Shown: positions 53,401-63,787 of the stretch, piece after piece
How the letters are laid out: every line of letters begins with the position of its first letter
Numbering within the stretch: the stretch's first letter is position 1
Assembly (NCBI GenBank): GCA_051294905.1
Contig: CM119386.1
Span: forward strand, 13,764,001 to 13,828,000
Direction: 5' to 3'
Source: Botryllus schlosseri
Lineage: Eukaryota
Length of the DNA stretch: 64,000 bases
Notes under the pieces: model-generated
Seen by the model: only the letters and a program-made list of their open reading frames with translations
What the model was told of the DNA's origin: nothing
The model's database searches: none
Made by a program: the position numbers and the translations under genes

Positions 53401-56400
53401 CGTTATATTTTATGCCATAAGATGCACTGTTGATGTACAAAGTTTTTTTGAAATCTGTGCTAGTTGCTGAGCTGACGATTACCCTTGACAAGCGTCAGCC
53501 GATAATATTCAGGTTTATTTCAACATGAATGTATTACTCAACTGAATATTGCAGTTCTGTAACTCCAAGAATCTCTTTTTATTTTATTGTTTGCAAATGG
53601 TGTCTTACTAAGGGGTCACGCACATTGAAAAATGGATATAGCAGGGCAACTCAACTCAAAGGTCCAGTTACATAAGTTTCACGTATGCTTAGGTCTGTTA
53701 TAACTCTCATGAAATAATTTACTGTGATACAAACGTAGTACCGTGTAACTATATACAAAATCCGGTGAAGAAGTATCAGCATCTTAAGCGAAATGTATCT
53801 ATTGTCACAGCTAGTTGGAGACTTTGCATTTTTTATGTATTGCTGGTTCTTTTAATCTTGGTGTCTAAAGTGGTGAGAGCGAGGTGAAGGCAGTGGTGAA
53901 GGTTTTCAATTGTCGTACAGATGCGAATTCTATATTCTAGAAAGCTCATGTTTGAAAACGCGGACAGAAGAGCTGTACAGAGAGAATAAAACGTAGGACT
54001 CTGTTTTCGCATATCAACGATAATGGATTTGGTTTTGTTAAAAAATTTGTAATTAATGAGGCAGATCAGGTCCGACGTATTGAACCACGTCTTTAGCTTA
54101 GGTTGTAAAGGTCACATTTATGCAACAGGTGACTCGCTATCAGACTGGTTACCGCATAACGCAACATTTTCCGTAGCAGACCTACGACGACATTCTCCGC
54201 GTAAATTCCTTCTCTTTCTACCGCGAACGTCAGCATTGTCGCAATACGTGACGTCACACACGCGTCGTCAGAACCTATGGACAATTGGACATGTGCCGGT
54301 GGAAGTCATGAGGCGATATATGCGAAATGTCGCTTCTGATATGCGCTATTTATTAGTCTGTGTGATGTGTGTACTTCTTGTAGGAGCTTGGAAGTAGTCA
54401 GGTGGAGGCAGAATTGGACAATGGACAACTAGAAGATTGTCAGCTTTTACCAATTAGGCTGGAATTGGAATTATAACTACACAGTATTGTTCCCAATTAA
54501 ATTGCTGAATTCGCAAAAACTCGTAAATTGAATTCAATTCCTTGCTTGTAGCGCACGAGATGCAGCAAGACGTCGATTACGGTTATCGATTGATACAGCA
54601 AGCAACGGCGGGGTAATTGATCACGTTGCAAATTCGATATTGGCGTTCGGGGTTAGCCTGTCTCGTCGCGGTAATTCCCGTGGTGTGTCGCAGCTGGATC
54701 GAACCATATGTCACTTTATCGATGGTTTTTGCTCACGATTGATATCGGGTCGCGTACGCCTGTAGCGAATAGGCATTAAGCCCATTTACATGGCCGTTTG
54801 GGTCAGCTTCGAAGCTGACTCGTCAATCCGACTCTCTCGTTTTTGAAAAAGAGAAAAAGGCTGACGGCTTCAATCCGTCTTGGGCTCAATCCGTTCCGCA
54901 GAGTCGCTTGGAGACGGCTTGAACATTACCGGTACTTGAAAACGAATCCAGACTACAGCAACGTACCAACATTTCATGTTCATATTTCACGAAACCGGCA
55001 CGTATTTCAACTGGGTGAATATGAAAGCTCTATCAGTACATGATACTGCTTTTCTAATATGCACGTGGTCTTATTTGTTCAGTGTCACAACTTATGAAGC
55101 TAGTACAGCCACAATATAACTTGCACAACTCACTATCAGAAATAATATATACACGGTGTATTTGGTCATTTTAGAGTTGTGTTGAAGTATTTCTGGATAT
55201 CTCAACTGCCGTAGCATATTCCCGAGCTGAACCCCAAAGTGCTGTGTATCACTCGAGCTGCGATAAACATCACCATGTAAACTCGATCACTTTGGCAAGC
55301 CGTCTCATGACGTCACTCCAAGACGACTTGGCTTCAAGACGACTTGACCATGTAAATGGGCTTATTGTATGCCCGTCTTGTGCATTAAAATTGGAAGCAA
55401 TCACGATAATTTGAAGTTTTTAAGATTGGTGTGGAAGAATCTGGGCTATATTGAGAAGGACAGTTTACAGGCAGTTGCTAAGGTCATGTCATATTTGCCC
55501 AGCGATTTTGGAATGCATTACGGCGGCGGGTGTCCATTAAAACAGAATCGTTTGCTTTCGATAATTGGTTTGTTTTTCTGGAATAAGGTCGGGTAAACGT
55601 TTTCGCCACTGCGTGTTTGTTCCGGAGGTTTTAGCGGAGCGCATCTTTGCGAGGTTCGCGGAGGCTTCCGGCTGCAATTCACGCGCCGCTGCAGTTCGCC
55701 TGTCGCGCGTGCGAAACCATTAGCGCGGGGCATGTGCCGCTTTTCGCGGAGGCTGAAATGAGGTAGATTCAGACGCGGGCTGCGGAAGCACAAGCTGGAT
55801 GCCAGCGTTTCGTTGGCGTAATTGGATAGTCGACCACGCGCGCTAAGCAGCCGTGTCAGATTGAAGAGCAGTCGTTGTTTTCAGATATTCGTATGTTCAG
55901 AAATATCGATATTGAACGATATTGGTTTCGGCTTTGCATTTCCATCGGCCGATATGTTTCTCATAAAACCGTTATTTCACTTTCGCAATTTTGTTTTCGA
56001 TTTGTTACTCGATGAATTATAATTTGCCTCACAAACTCAAATCTCTGCCCGTCGTTATATAGGTCATCAAAGCAGATGGTATTTCCCGTTTTATTTGTAA
56101 ACGGTGCGAGTCAATGCTTTACAAAAATGCAACTGTGTGAAATATGATAACATAAGACAAGCTGTCTTATCTAACGACTTCCTGCAGAATGCATTTCACT
56201 TAAAACTAATAACTGGATACGTGAATAAATGAAGAAGTTTACGTACAGAGGATGCATCAAGTACTTACGGCAAAATCTTGACGCAGGCTCCGACAAATTT
56301 TAGTTCGGAGTGTGAATGGAGAAGCAGCGACAAGGGTAACTGTTGTCGTTGTTTTGGTCACGTGACAAATCGCAGACTTTGGACTCGCCAAAATCCTTCT

Positions 56401-59400
56401 GGGCTCAGGGACGCTTCTTCGAGGATTCTGTTTCTCGCCGCTGGCTACGTCTGTTCGCGCTACGTTGCTGTTTTAGGTTACGCGAGTCTGCTGTTTACCT
56501 CGCAGTAACCGAACACTTGTTTTGGTCGCGCTCTTGAAACCTAGATCGGTTTGTGTTTCAAACGCGACACATCACAGACATGAGCTGTGGCTATTCAGAA
56601 GTCACGGCACTAGTTCAACATATCATGGCTCAGCGAACGCGATTTCTGCTTATAATCACAGAAATACTAAGCCAACGCAGACTTTCAGTTGACGAACGAC
56701 GGCTGAGAAGTGATCATGCAATGTTTTGTTTACGTCATAAAGATCGGTGCGATTTCACCAGTGCCCAAGCCCAGTGGCGCTTCGCTGTCGCAACGCTATT
56801 CATTTCTTGATAATAATTTTAAAAACATTCCAAACTGGTGTCATTACGTCCCTATCTCGCAATTAGCTGGGATTATTTTATTAATTGATTGGTCGATTTT
56901 GTTTTTCGCGGAATTCTCGGAAATTATTGCTTTGTGCACGGAACAGTGACACGGAACAGTGACACGGTGAATTTCAACGTTGATACGAATGCGATTTGGT
57001 TAATTTCATTGGCCGCGAATAAGCCTGTTGTTATTTTTGGAAACGCAGTTGTTAAAAGGGTCAAATGTCATTCACATTGTTCTGTTTTGGGAAAATGTTC
57101 GTCACCGAGGTTGAGTCTTTATACGCGTATGCTATTTCTTAACGAAACCCATCGTCTTGCGCGTATCCTATTCAAAATTGCTTGACTGAACGCGGCCTTG
57201 TTATGCCGAATTCGGTCGTGCGTTGAGATTTTCTTGGGTCGCCTGTGGCCGCGCGGTTGGGAGAATGGTTCTTCTCGTAGCATTAGTTTTTATTTTTTGT
57301 GAAATGCTGCTGATGCGAGGTTTGCAGTGTTGCGTATAACGATACGACACAGATAAGCTAGGCTGTAATATGTTCGAATGTGAAATCGGTCGGGGATTTC
57401 AGTTTCTAAGTCAAGGTGTATCCGTGTTGACATCCGTTTTGTGTGAAATTCATTCGCAATCACTTTTGAATCTGAAATCAGTCGGAATTTCATTTCCAGA
57501 TCATATTATAATATCACGGTGTCGCAAAAACCGTGTCAGATATTCAAAGCCGTTTCTTTTTTGTTCGAGTATGAATCGATTTCACCCGTTCAGTTAATTA
57601 GATTATGGCGTTACAGTGTCCGCCACTTACAGGACCGTTTCCGGAGGTAACTCACAGCTGAGCAGTTAGCGTAAAACACCTGCCGTAACTCGCCAAATTT
57701 TTTATCGCTACTTAATATCCGCCTAGCACAGATCAATAATACGTTCGCCTGGTACGGGCTGGTCAATCTTTTTACCCCGACAGACATTGATCATAGTAGA
57801 TACCTATCGATTTTGATTCCCGCTCTCCAAATGGCACCAGATTTCGGCTGCCAGTCGCTTAGCTTAATAATCGATTTATTTCCGACACCCGCTGTTACGT
57901 CAACCTATTTTACTGGTATATATTACCGAAATATGGAAAGAAAATTATATAATCAGTAATTTGCGTCGAAGGCACGTTAATCTAGGCCTAATTGCGAATT
58001 TGATTGTGTAGATTTTGCCCCTGTGACGCTACGTAGCCGTTCCGAGAATTCGTTTATTTTTACGACGCCAAATCGCTTGGAGAAGTCCGTTCAACTCGTT
58101 AGGTTTAATAGTATTGAAAGCCCGGCGCGTGTAGGCTCTATCCGACTCCGTGGTGGCTATTTTGATCAGCCTGAAGGTAGTTGGTGCAGGATGGAATTGC
58201 TTTGTAGGATTTCCAAATTAGACCAAGTTTAGTTTTCCGTTGCGATTCATCATGGCGTGTTTGTCGTCATAGACGCGCCGGAACGCGATTAACCATCGAC
58301 TACTGTCGATTTCGACATGATTTTGTTTGTGATGATTTCCTGACCATCAGCGAAACCCAAACTAATTTCTCTTAGCTTCAAACGTAGTTTTGACCCCAGT
58401 ACATAGCAGGCTGTGTTGATACGCGTCTAAAATATTGTTACACGTCGTTATTTAGAGTTAGCTGCTTTATTTTTACAGCACGCGAACGGAAAAGAATATC
58501 CAATTTGCCAGCACGAAACCCCGTGACGTGATTTGTTGTCTCGGGAGAAAAAGGAATTATTGGTTTTCGCGCATTGTCGGCCGTGTTTTGACGGTCCGTT
58601 CTCAGACGTATTCAGGCTTCCGCGTCGCGTACGTGAAATCTTAATGACAAGTGGCGGGATTGAAGTGGTCTTTGGGGATGTTGATTATAATGACAGCCTG
58701 GTGCTAAGAGCTACGGGTCTTTGTTGTCAGCGTATGGGACTTGATTTAGAATGTTGCAGATTGCTCTTAGGCCTTGATGATCAGCTGGTTTTAGAATGTA
58801 TTTGATGGTGATGGTCGGGTATGATTTCTTAGACATGAAGAGGGAGATATTCAGAATTATAAGATTTAGCTAAATTGGTTTTGCTACTGCCTTTTATTGC
58901 TGTAATAATTGATTTTTTTCTTGGAATTTATTTAGTGTTAGAACAGACTCTTGGAGATACAGAGCTTCAGTATGCAATTAAATAATATGTTTATCATGAA
59001 TAAACTGGAATGTTTTCGGCCTACACTATATCAGTTGCTGACAATTGCACCTGACGATTTTTGGCTGAAAATTTTTAGGTTTCGGTCGGTATATGAATAT
59101 ATTTTGCAAAGCCTTGGTAGTTAATGGACTTTCAAGTGTTGCAGTTAATAGTTTTTTGTTTGATTCGTCACATTTGTAATTTAGCCAAAATTTTATTTCC
59201 TCCCATATTACTCTAACCTGGCTATTTGTGGTCCGCAGAGCTGTCACTTATTTAATAATGTTAATCAAGAGACGTGCCAGCTGAAATTTTGTCACAAATG
59301 CATTGGGATATATTAGCGAGAAAGGAGAAACATTGAGTGATTCACAAAGACCAAACCAGAAAATATGTTTGATCGATTTATGCTGAAACCGTTAGTCTTC

Positions 59401-62400
59401 AAGTCGTCATCGGCGCCGTCATCAGCCGTAAATAGCCCCACAGAACCCTTTTCCCCACCGCAAAGAAAAAGAGGCTCCCCGCTATGGTGGATTACCAACC
59501 GGAGGCCGTCTACACCGACTAGTGTCGCCAATTCTCCGAGTATGGACAGAAAAAATAGCAGTCCTGTCGATTCGGTTGTGAGCTTTTTCGGGGAGGTCAA
59601 AAAAGATCTAGAGGCCTCCCTGAGACTCAGGGACGTCTATTTGCTGGACAGTGCGGAAGAGTTGCTCATACTGCAGGTGTTATATTGTTTTGATTCTGAG
59701 AATAGCCACGTTAGTTGTGAACGATGTAGTGGTGAGGTTGGACCCAATAGTCTTTCTGGTTCTAGAGTGAAATTCTAAAAATTGGATTTCTTTCTAAAAA
59801 TACAAATTTTCATTTCAATTCATATCTTATTGGCTACCCCATGAAATTGTCACCTTGTCTACAAAAACGATATATAACAACTTTGGCTTAATTCTAACCC
59901 TTTGAAGTGAAGTTATTGGAAAAATTTCTCGGGGCATGCAGTGAAATTTCTAAAACTTTAAAATTTTAAAAATTAACCCAAAATGTTTACTCTTATACCT
60001 CAGCAGCAGCCAAATTCGATGTGCATCATTACTTTTCAGGCAACCTAACAATATTATCAAACAGCCAATAAATTTGAAAAAAAGGTTATTTTTGAACTAC
60101 CCTAATGTACATATCCTAAAAGAACGGTATACAAGTATTCAAACTGCCGACAGTTTTTGTCTCTTGATGTATTTTTGTATTCTTATGCTGGTGTGGTAAT
60201 GACCATACTGGTACTAAAAGTATCTGGTATTTAAGCAGATTGTAGATACGAATGAAGTCTAATTTATAGACTATCTGGCTGGTTGTGGAATTCATTTTTT
60301 TAGGATTATGGATTTGTCTTCAGAATTTGCAATATAGTAAACAGTACTCTTTCACAAGCTTTCAGTTAGTCATAGTCTGTCATGTTTTAAGACAGATTCT
60401 GTCCATTTTTGTTTTGAGGCTTTCGTAGATTTTATCGATTCCTCAACACAGCAATGCCTGCAGCTATGTTGAGAGAATTGGTTGATGTAATTGTTATATA
60501 TTGCGTGGTTAGGCTGATTCTGCTTTTTTTTGCAATGGGTGTAATTTAACATGTCAAGGAGATTTGTAATCAAGTCTTCCGTTATCTTGATATAATTCTT
60601 GATTGCACATGCGCATATACATGTTCGGTTCCAATGAAATCCAATGTATATTATGTGAAGAACCCCTGCTATATTACTTACTCATCATCTGTATATTGCA
60701 GGACAATTCTGTGTGGGCTCTGAATCATTTGACGGTGGTTCAAGATCTCGTGAATTTTCAACACAACAGCTACCGACAGGTAATATCTTCTGTTCTATTG
60801 TTTGATCTCGGTCATGGTCGACAGTACAATGGGGCAATATAATCTTGTAGATGTTATGATATGGCGCATGCATTCTGCCATGAATATTTTCATTGAACTT
60901 GCTTTTCTCTGTGTAGTTTTCACTTGTTGACGCCAGTAATAATCAATTTTGATCCAGGATATGCAATGATTGTGATCAAAATCAAAACAGTTTCAATATT
61001 TCATGCTTGATATCCGTTGTCTAGTGTCACCATTGTGGAAATGCAAAGGAATCGCTGAACTTTGACCTCTGCTTCATTAAGTGTAGAACACTGCCGTGAA
61101 ATAGTGTTTATAGTTTCAATTTATATTGCACAGCATCCAAATTACAGCTAGTTCTCAATAGTATCCAAGATATTATTGATTCAACTAGGACCAGGACCAT
61201 TTGATTCGATATGCGGACGAGGAGTGGTCAGAAATCGAAAGGGAACTTGTCCGCGAGCGTGGCGTATGGGGTCCGGACCGGCCCACGGCTTTGCACAAAT
61301 GGATGTTGGATTCCACTGAAGGTCCTTGCCGAATGAGAAAGAAATTGAAGCGAAACGACAACTTTTACGAACACTATCCTCACCGAACGAAAGAAGAGGT
61401 CGTGAAAATGGTGAGTGATTTTGGTTTTGGTGTTTGTATCCGAGCGACCTGACATGATGAAAGTTTGTAAATATAAAATTGTATCCTAAAAAGTTTGTTT
61501 TGAAAACTGAAAGCCACTCTGTTGCGAAGTTGTAGCGCAGTGTGATCATATTTATGTTGTGGAAAGTCATTATATCCTGGGGCGAAAATCCGTATAAGGC
61601 GTATTCCGTGGTAGTAGTTTGGGATTAGTCAGATACAATTTGATGATATCATTTCCAATTGCTATGATTTGCAATTCTGTGCGCTTTGTCAGAAATCGTG
61701 CAAGCAAGCAAGCAATAGGAAATGTTTAGTATGGAGACTCTTGCAAAGCTAGGTGTTTTTATTTATAAATCGGGTCACATGTCCCGCTTCATTGCATCGT
61801 GATTTTGAAAACAGGCATGTACGGTAATTTTTTTTCATAGATTTACTTGATTTGTAATGGTAACCACCAAATATCTAATATCGCACTCATATTTCAGTCG
61901 ACTTGGCACAAACGCACTAAGTAATCACCAATGCTACCGAAGTAAAACTAAAATTAATCTACTCAATCAAGTGACATTCTTGTAATAGATTCCCCGACCA
62001 TGACACCAGGCTTATATTCATCCATGTTTCATTAATTAAATGGATAAGAAAAGGGTTAAAAGTGGAGGTAGCTTGTAAAGAAAACCGGCTGAGTATAGAA
62101 ATCGCATTGGGATATTCGGGGGTGGGTGAAATGAATCAACTTTGCTGCTGAAATAGAAGTTTCTGTTCCATTACAAGGGGAATATAACTATCTCAAATAC
62201 ATACTAAAACAATTTAATGAACTAGCCGGTAATTTTTTTTTAAATATGTCACTTTTGAACAGCCCTACGTACCGGAGACCATTTCAGCAAATCCGTGAAT
62301 AATTTGTAAGTGCCGTCATCAAAATGAGTATTATTCATCTCTTACAGCGATTGAAGCACCGCAAGCCCATCAGTCGCGACAGCGTCAAGCACTACAGACA

Positions 62401-63757
62401 CGTACACGAACTGCCACCTGTATTCGCTGACGACGATGACTCTGCAAACGATACCTCGGATTCTCCCAGATTCACTTTTAAAGCCATCAAGCAAGACTCG
62501 CAAGACCTGCAGTCCGACAACAGCGACGGAAGCCGGTCGGAAACGCCAAATCAGTTAAACGCGAGTGATGATGTAAAAGAGAACGCAGCCCGGCAAATCG
62601 AAAGCGTGGCTACCGTTAATTCAAAGCAGGACAGTACCAAACAGGAAGATTGTAATGATACAAAAAATGTGACCGAGACTGATACGGGCACGAATAATGA
62701 TGTGGATTCGGCGGAGAATAATGAAGAGAAAAGGGGGGATGATGGTTCTGGCAAGGACTCGGCGAGTTCGGAGTCGCAGTTGAATTTGTCGGAGCAGGAG
62801 AACAAGCCCGATAATCAGACCGTGTTGAGATTGCTCGAGGAAGGGGAAAAGATCAGGTACGGTGTTTTTATTGACTTTAAAAATTTGGTTTTTGAGATTT
62901 TTAGTGAGATTGACGTTATGTTTTTAGGCTGCTTGTACTTCTATTGGTCAGTTTTTTGTCAAATCCACTCGAGAAATTTTGTTATGATAAGTTGAATGTA
63001 GTTTTTGGTTGTCTTTGCGTCCTTTGTGAGTGAGAAATTTTCATAGCCCTTTGGCGAAATATCTTCCGTGTCATGTTCATTGTGTACATTGGGGTGGAGT
63101 GTAAAGTGAAAATTTTTGAATTTCAAAAAGGCGTCTTGAAATGTGGTGCCAAATAGCAAATAAATAAATTCTATCATAATTTTGGGTTCGTGCACCCTCT
63201 AGTGGTCGTGCATTTTCACCGAACGAGTCGAAAATAGCTAATTTCGCTATATCTTGATAACCGCTTACACTAGAAAGCTAGTTTTGGGCTTAAAAGATGC
63301 AGCAGCAACACGTCTCTATCTCACTTCCATAGAACTTACTCTTAAAAATGAACAGAAAACAACTTACAAGCAAATTATTGATTTTACAGGTAAAATTCAA
63401 CACTGAAGGAGTGGGTGGGATGTCAAAAGCGTCTAGTGATTGATCTTACGACTGAGAAACACATCCCACTGTACATTCTCGAAAATTGCATGTGTCATTA
63501 ATTGTTTTTGCATCCTGCAATTGTATTTTCTATTTATAATAGTGGTAGTTTTAGCATGCCTTGGAAATCGAATATTTCAGCACCCCTTACGACTATCACT
63601 GTTATTTCGGCAGGCACATGTTCCGATGCGCAAGAGTGCAAGGTCTCGATACCTATGAAGGTCTCCTGCTTTTCGGCAAAGACAACTTCTACATCCTCGA
63701 CGGGTTTACAATGCTGAAGAACAAAGAGATTCGGGAAATCGATTCCTTGCCCCAAGC
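14482..63757 (+). CDS. WDFY3: WD repeat and FYVE domain-containing protein 3 (ALFY/Blue cheese ortholog), 49 coding exons, 3' end beyond window
   Basis: Exons: 14482-14523,14586-14735,15170-15238,15302-15466,17146-17457,18237-18429,20749-20992,22387-22556,24096-24396,25659-25784,25851-25963,26721-26938,27665-27752,27939-28075,28303-28613,30694-30802,31301-31515,32389-32572,33095-33200,38193-38305,38557-38665,39223-39401,39793-40030,40092-40225,40484-40648,40707-40853,41565-41717,42443-42516,42577-42741,43102-43214,43402-43519,43849-43965,44397-44629,45641-45828,46551-46739,46962-47141,47549-47779,49495-49735,49894-49965,50093-50234,50617-50700,50760-50860,51483-51619,51759-51905,53158-53256,60702-60779,61189-61410,62348-62856,63614-63757. 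All GT-AG with compatible phases. Diagnostic peptides: MVTEIRRRASDKSTE, PSTLVRCLYLFFDLP, LLFSAVTSWCP, AMATDVEGLYAAVKSLVC-like, ERGVWGP...WMLDSTEGPCRMRKK, HMFRCARVQGLDTYEGLLLFGK (PH domain start). Confidence 0.96.
20255..20530. mobile_element. Decayed copies of hammerhead-bearing repeat (one -, two +)
   Basis: aaatattttcggctacacttgtca (-), gtgtccgcccaaaatattctggtt (+), tctactagttgctgacctgacgagtgt (+). Confidence 0.55.
21398..21705 (-). mobile_element. tRNA-derived SINE (second copy)
   Basis: Collinear with 12650-12988; B box GGTTCCATCC. Confidence 0.85.
21759..22109. mobile_element. AGTAG-family hAT MITE (further partial copies ~40940-41225 and ~52495-52950)
   Basis: GAGGTGATCA...TTTTACCACCTCTG ends and ctact/agtag arrays matching the ends of 8100-11481. 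Confidence 0.7.
23730..23960. mobile_element. Head-to-head pair of hammerhead-bearing repeats (- ribozyme 23792-23827, + ribozyme 23873-23905)
   Basis: The - copy has GAAA changed to UAAA. The + copy keeps CUGACGAG..CGAAAAUAUU but its helix I 3' strand is disrupted (UGUAGG). Confidence 0.7.
24480..24900 (+). repeat. Unclassified repeat, diverged copy at ~27260-27600
   Basis: gtcatc..tttcg..cagtcctaatc, gcaat.att.gtgtttgt and agttgta.ttt.aacattggc.tttcatgga occur in both. Confidence 0.45.
26470..26640. mobile_element. Partial GACTCGAGTC-family MITE
   Basis: agggtgtaaccaattcgcaaggttccgagtcgcaagtcaa matches the right end of 7063-7609 in reverse. Confidence 0.6.
29704..30320. mobile_element. 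Foldback hAT-type MITE (near-perfect ~300-bp inverted arms), inserted into a GACTCGAGTC MITE (~29273-30422)
   Basis: TAGGGCTGTTCAAAAATAAC...GTTATTTTTGAACAGCCCTA; 8-bp TSD ATACACAT. Diverged half copies at ~37700-38062, ~59900-60110 and ~62240-62270. Confidence 0.9.
36055..36240 (-). mobile_element. Decayed 3' end of a CR1/L2-group LINE ORF2
   Basis: Minus frame KLFQSTAGETQQGKSIYYSTEQELKTIFF resembles the recalled KLWNSLPxxIRxxxSIxxFKxxLKTxLF terminal motif. Confidence 0.4.
42115..42300. mobile_element. Decayed hammerhead-bearing repeat (inverted + direct remnants)
   Basis: acagaacttcaatatacaattgaataatatattcatattgaaat (-) followed by tctactaattgctgacgattaccctta (+); ribozyme core lost. Confidence 0.55.
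44987..45270. mobile_element. Partial GACTCGAGTC-family MITE (reverse orientation)
   Basis: cagggttgtaaccaagtcacaaggctccgagtc start. Confidence 0.75.
46040..46200 (+). mobile_element. Hammerhead-bearing repeat, helix II deleted
   Basis: ttacccctgacgtcggaaatattcgggttt at 46114-46143. Confidence 0.65.
47848..49288. mobile_element. Two GACTCGAGTC-family MITE copies in opposite orientation, the first interrupted by ~530 bp of unrelated sequence (~48030-48560)
   Basis: cagggttgtaatgactcgagtc at left, gagtcattataaccgtg at right; 48560-48850 matches 7250-7520. Confidence 0.7.
50420..50535 (-). mobile_element. Hammerhead-bearing repeat, GAAA to GACA
   Basis: gcccgaatattgtcggctgacactcgtcaggggta at 50454-50488. 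Confidence 0.7.
51320..51465 (+). mobile_element. Hammerhead-bearing repeat, GAAA to GAAU
   Basis: tacccctgacgagtgtcagccgaatatattcgggtt at 51365-51400. Confidence 0.7.
51957..52482. mobile_element. GACTCGAGTC-family MITE (reverse orientation)
   Basis: Ends gagtcattacaaccct; interior collinear with 48860-49288. Confidence 0.75.
53455..53580 (+). mobile_element. Hammerhead-bearing repeat, multiple core substitutions
   Basis: tacccttgacaagcgtcagccgataatattcaggtt at 53480-53515. Confidence 0.6.
54000..58800. promoter_or_regulatory. CpG-rich, repeat-poor intronic block; candidate internal promoter/enhancer region
   Basis: By eye it has many more CG dinucleotides and fewer repeats than other introns, no credible ORF, and lies directly upstream of the candidate alternative exon at 59365. 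Confidence 0.4.
54777..55364. mobile_element. TIR element (Tc1/mariner- or PIF/Harbinger-like MITE)
   Basis: Perfect 17-bp inverted repeat TAAGCCCATTTACATGG / CCATGTAAATGGGCTTA including TA flanks. Confidence 0.65.
59365..59676 (+). CDS. Candidate alternative first (or cassette) coding exon of WDFY3, 104 codons, Ser/Pro-rich
   Basis: ATG at 59365 with in-frame TGA at 59338. Coding-like composition (MFDRFMLKPLVFKSSSAPSS...LLDSAEELLILQ) ends at CAG|GTGTTA, a phase-0 donor compatible with the phase-0 exon at 60702. A weak in-frame acceptor AAAG| exists at 59349. Confidence 0.55.
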
Positions 63758-63787
63758 GTACGTGTTCTTAAGCAGACTTGTTGACAA

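Noticed and set aside
54552-54612. Exon-like segment (AG...GT, AHEMQQDVDYGYRLIQQATA)
   Set aside because: Phase 1-to-2 is incompatible with the phase-0 WDFY3 intron and there is no homology support; at most a non-coding exon.
56941-56968. 12-bp tandem duplication gaacagtgacac(g) and the (tgaatgtt)n microsatellite near 31697
   Set aside because: Simple slippage repeats with no supporting context.
55518-57600. Nested protein-coding gene in the large intron
   Set aside because: ORFs are short, lack recognisable motifs and form no consistent splice chain on either strand.
61454-61510. C/D box snoRNA candidate (ATGATGA...CTGA)
   Set aside because: No terminal stem, no D'/C' boxes, very AT-rich interior.
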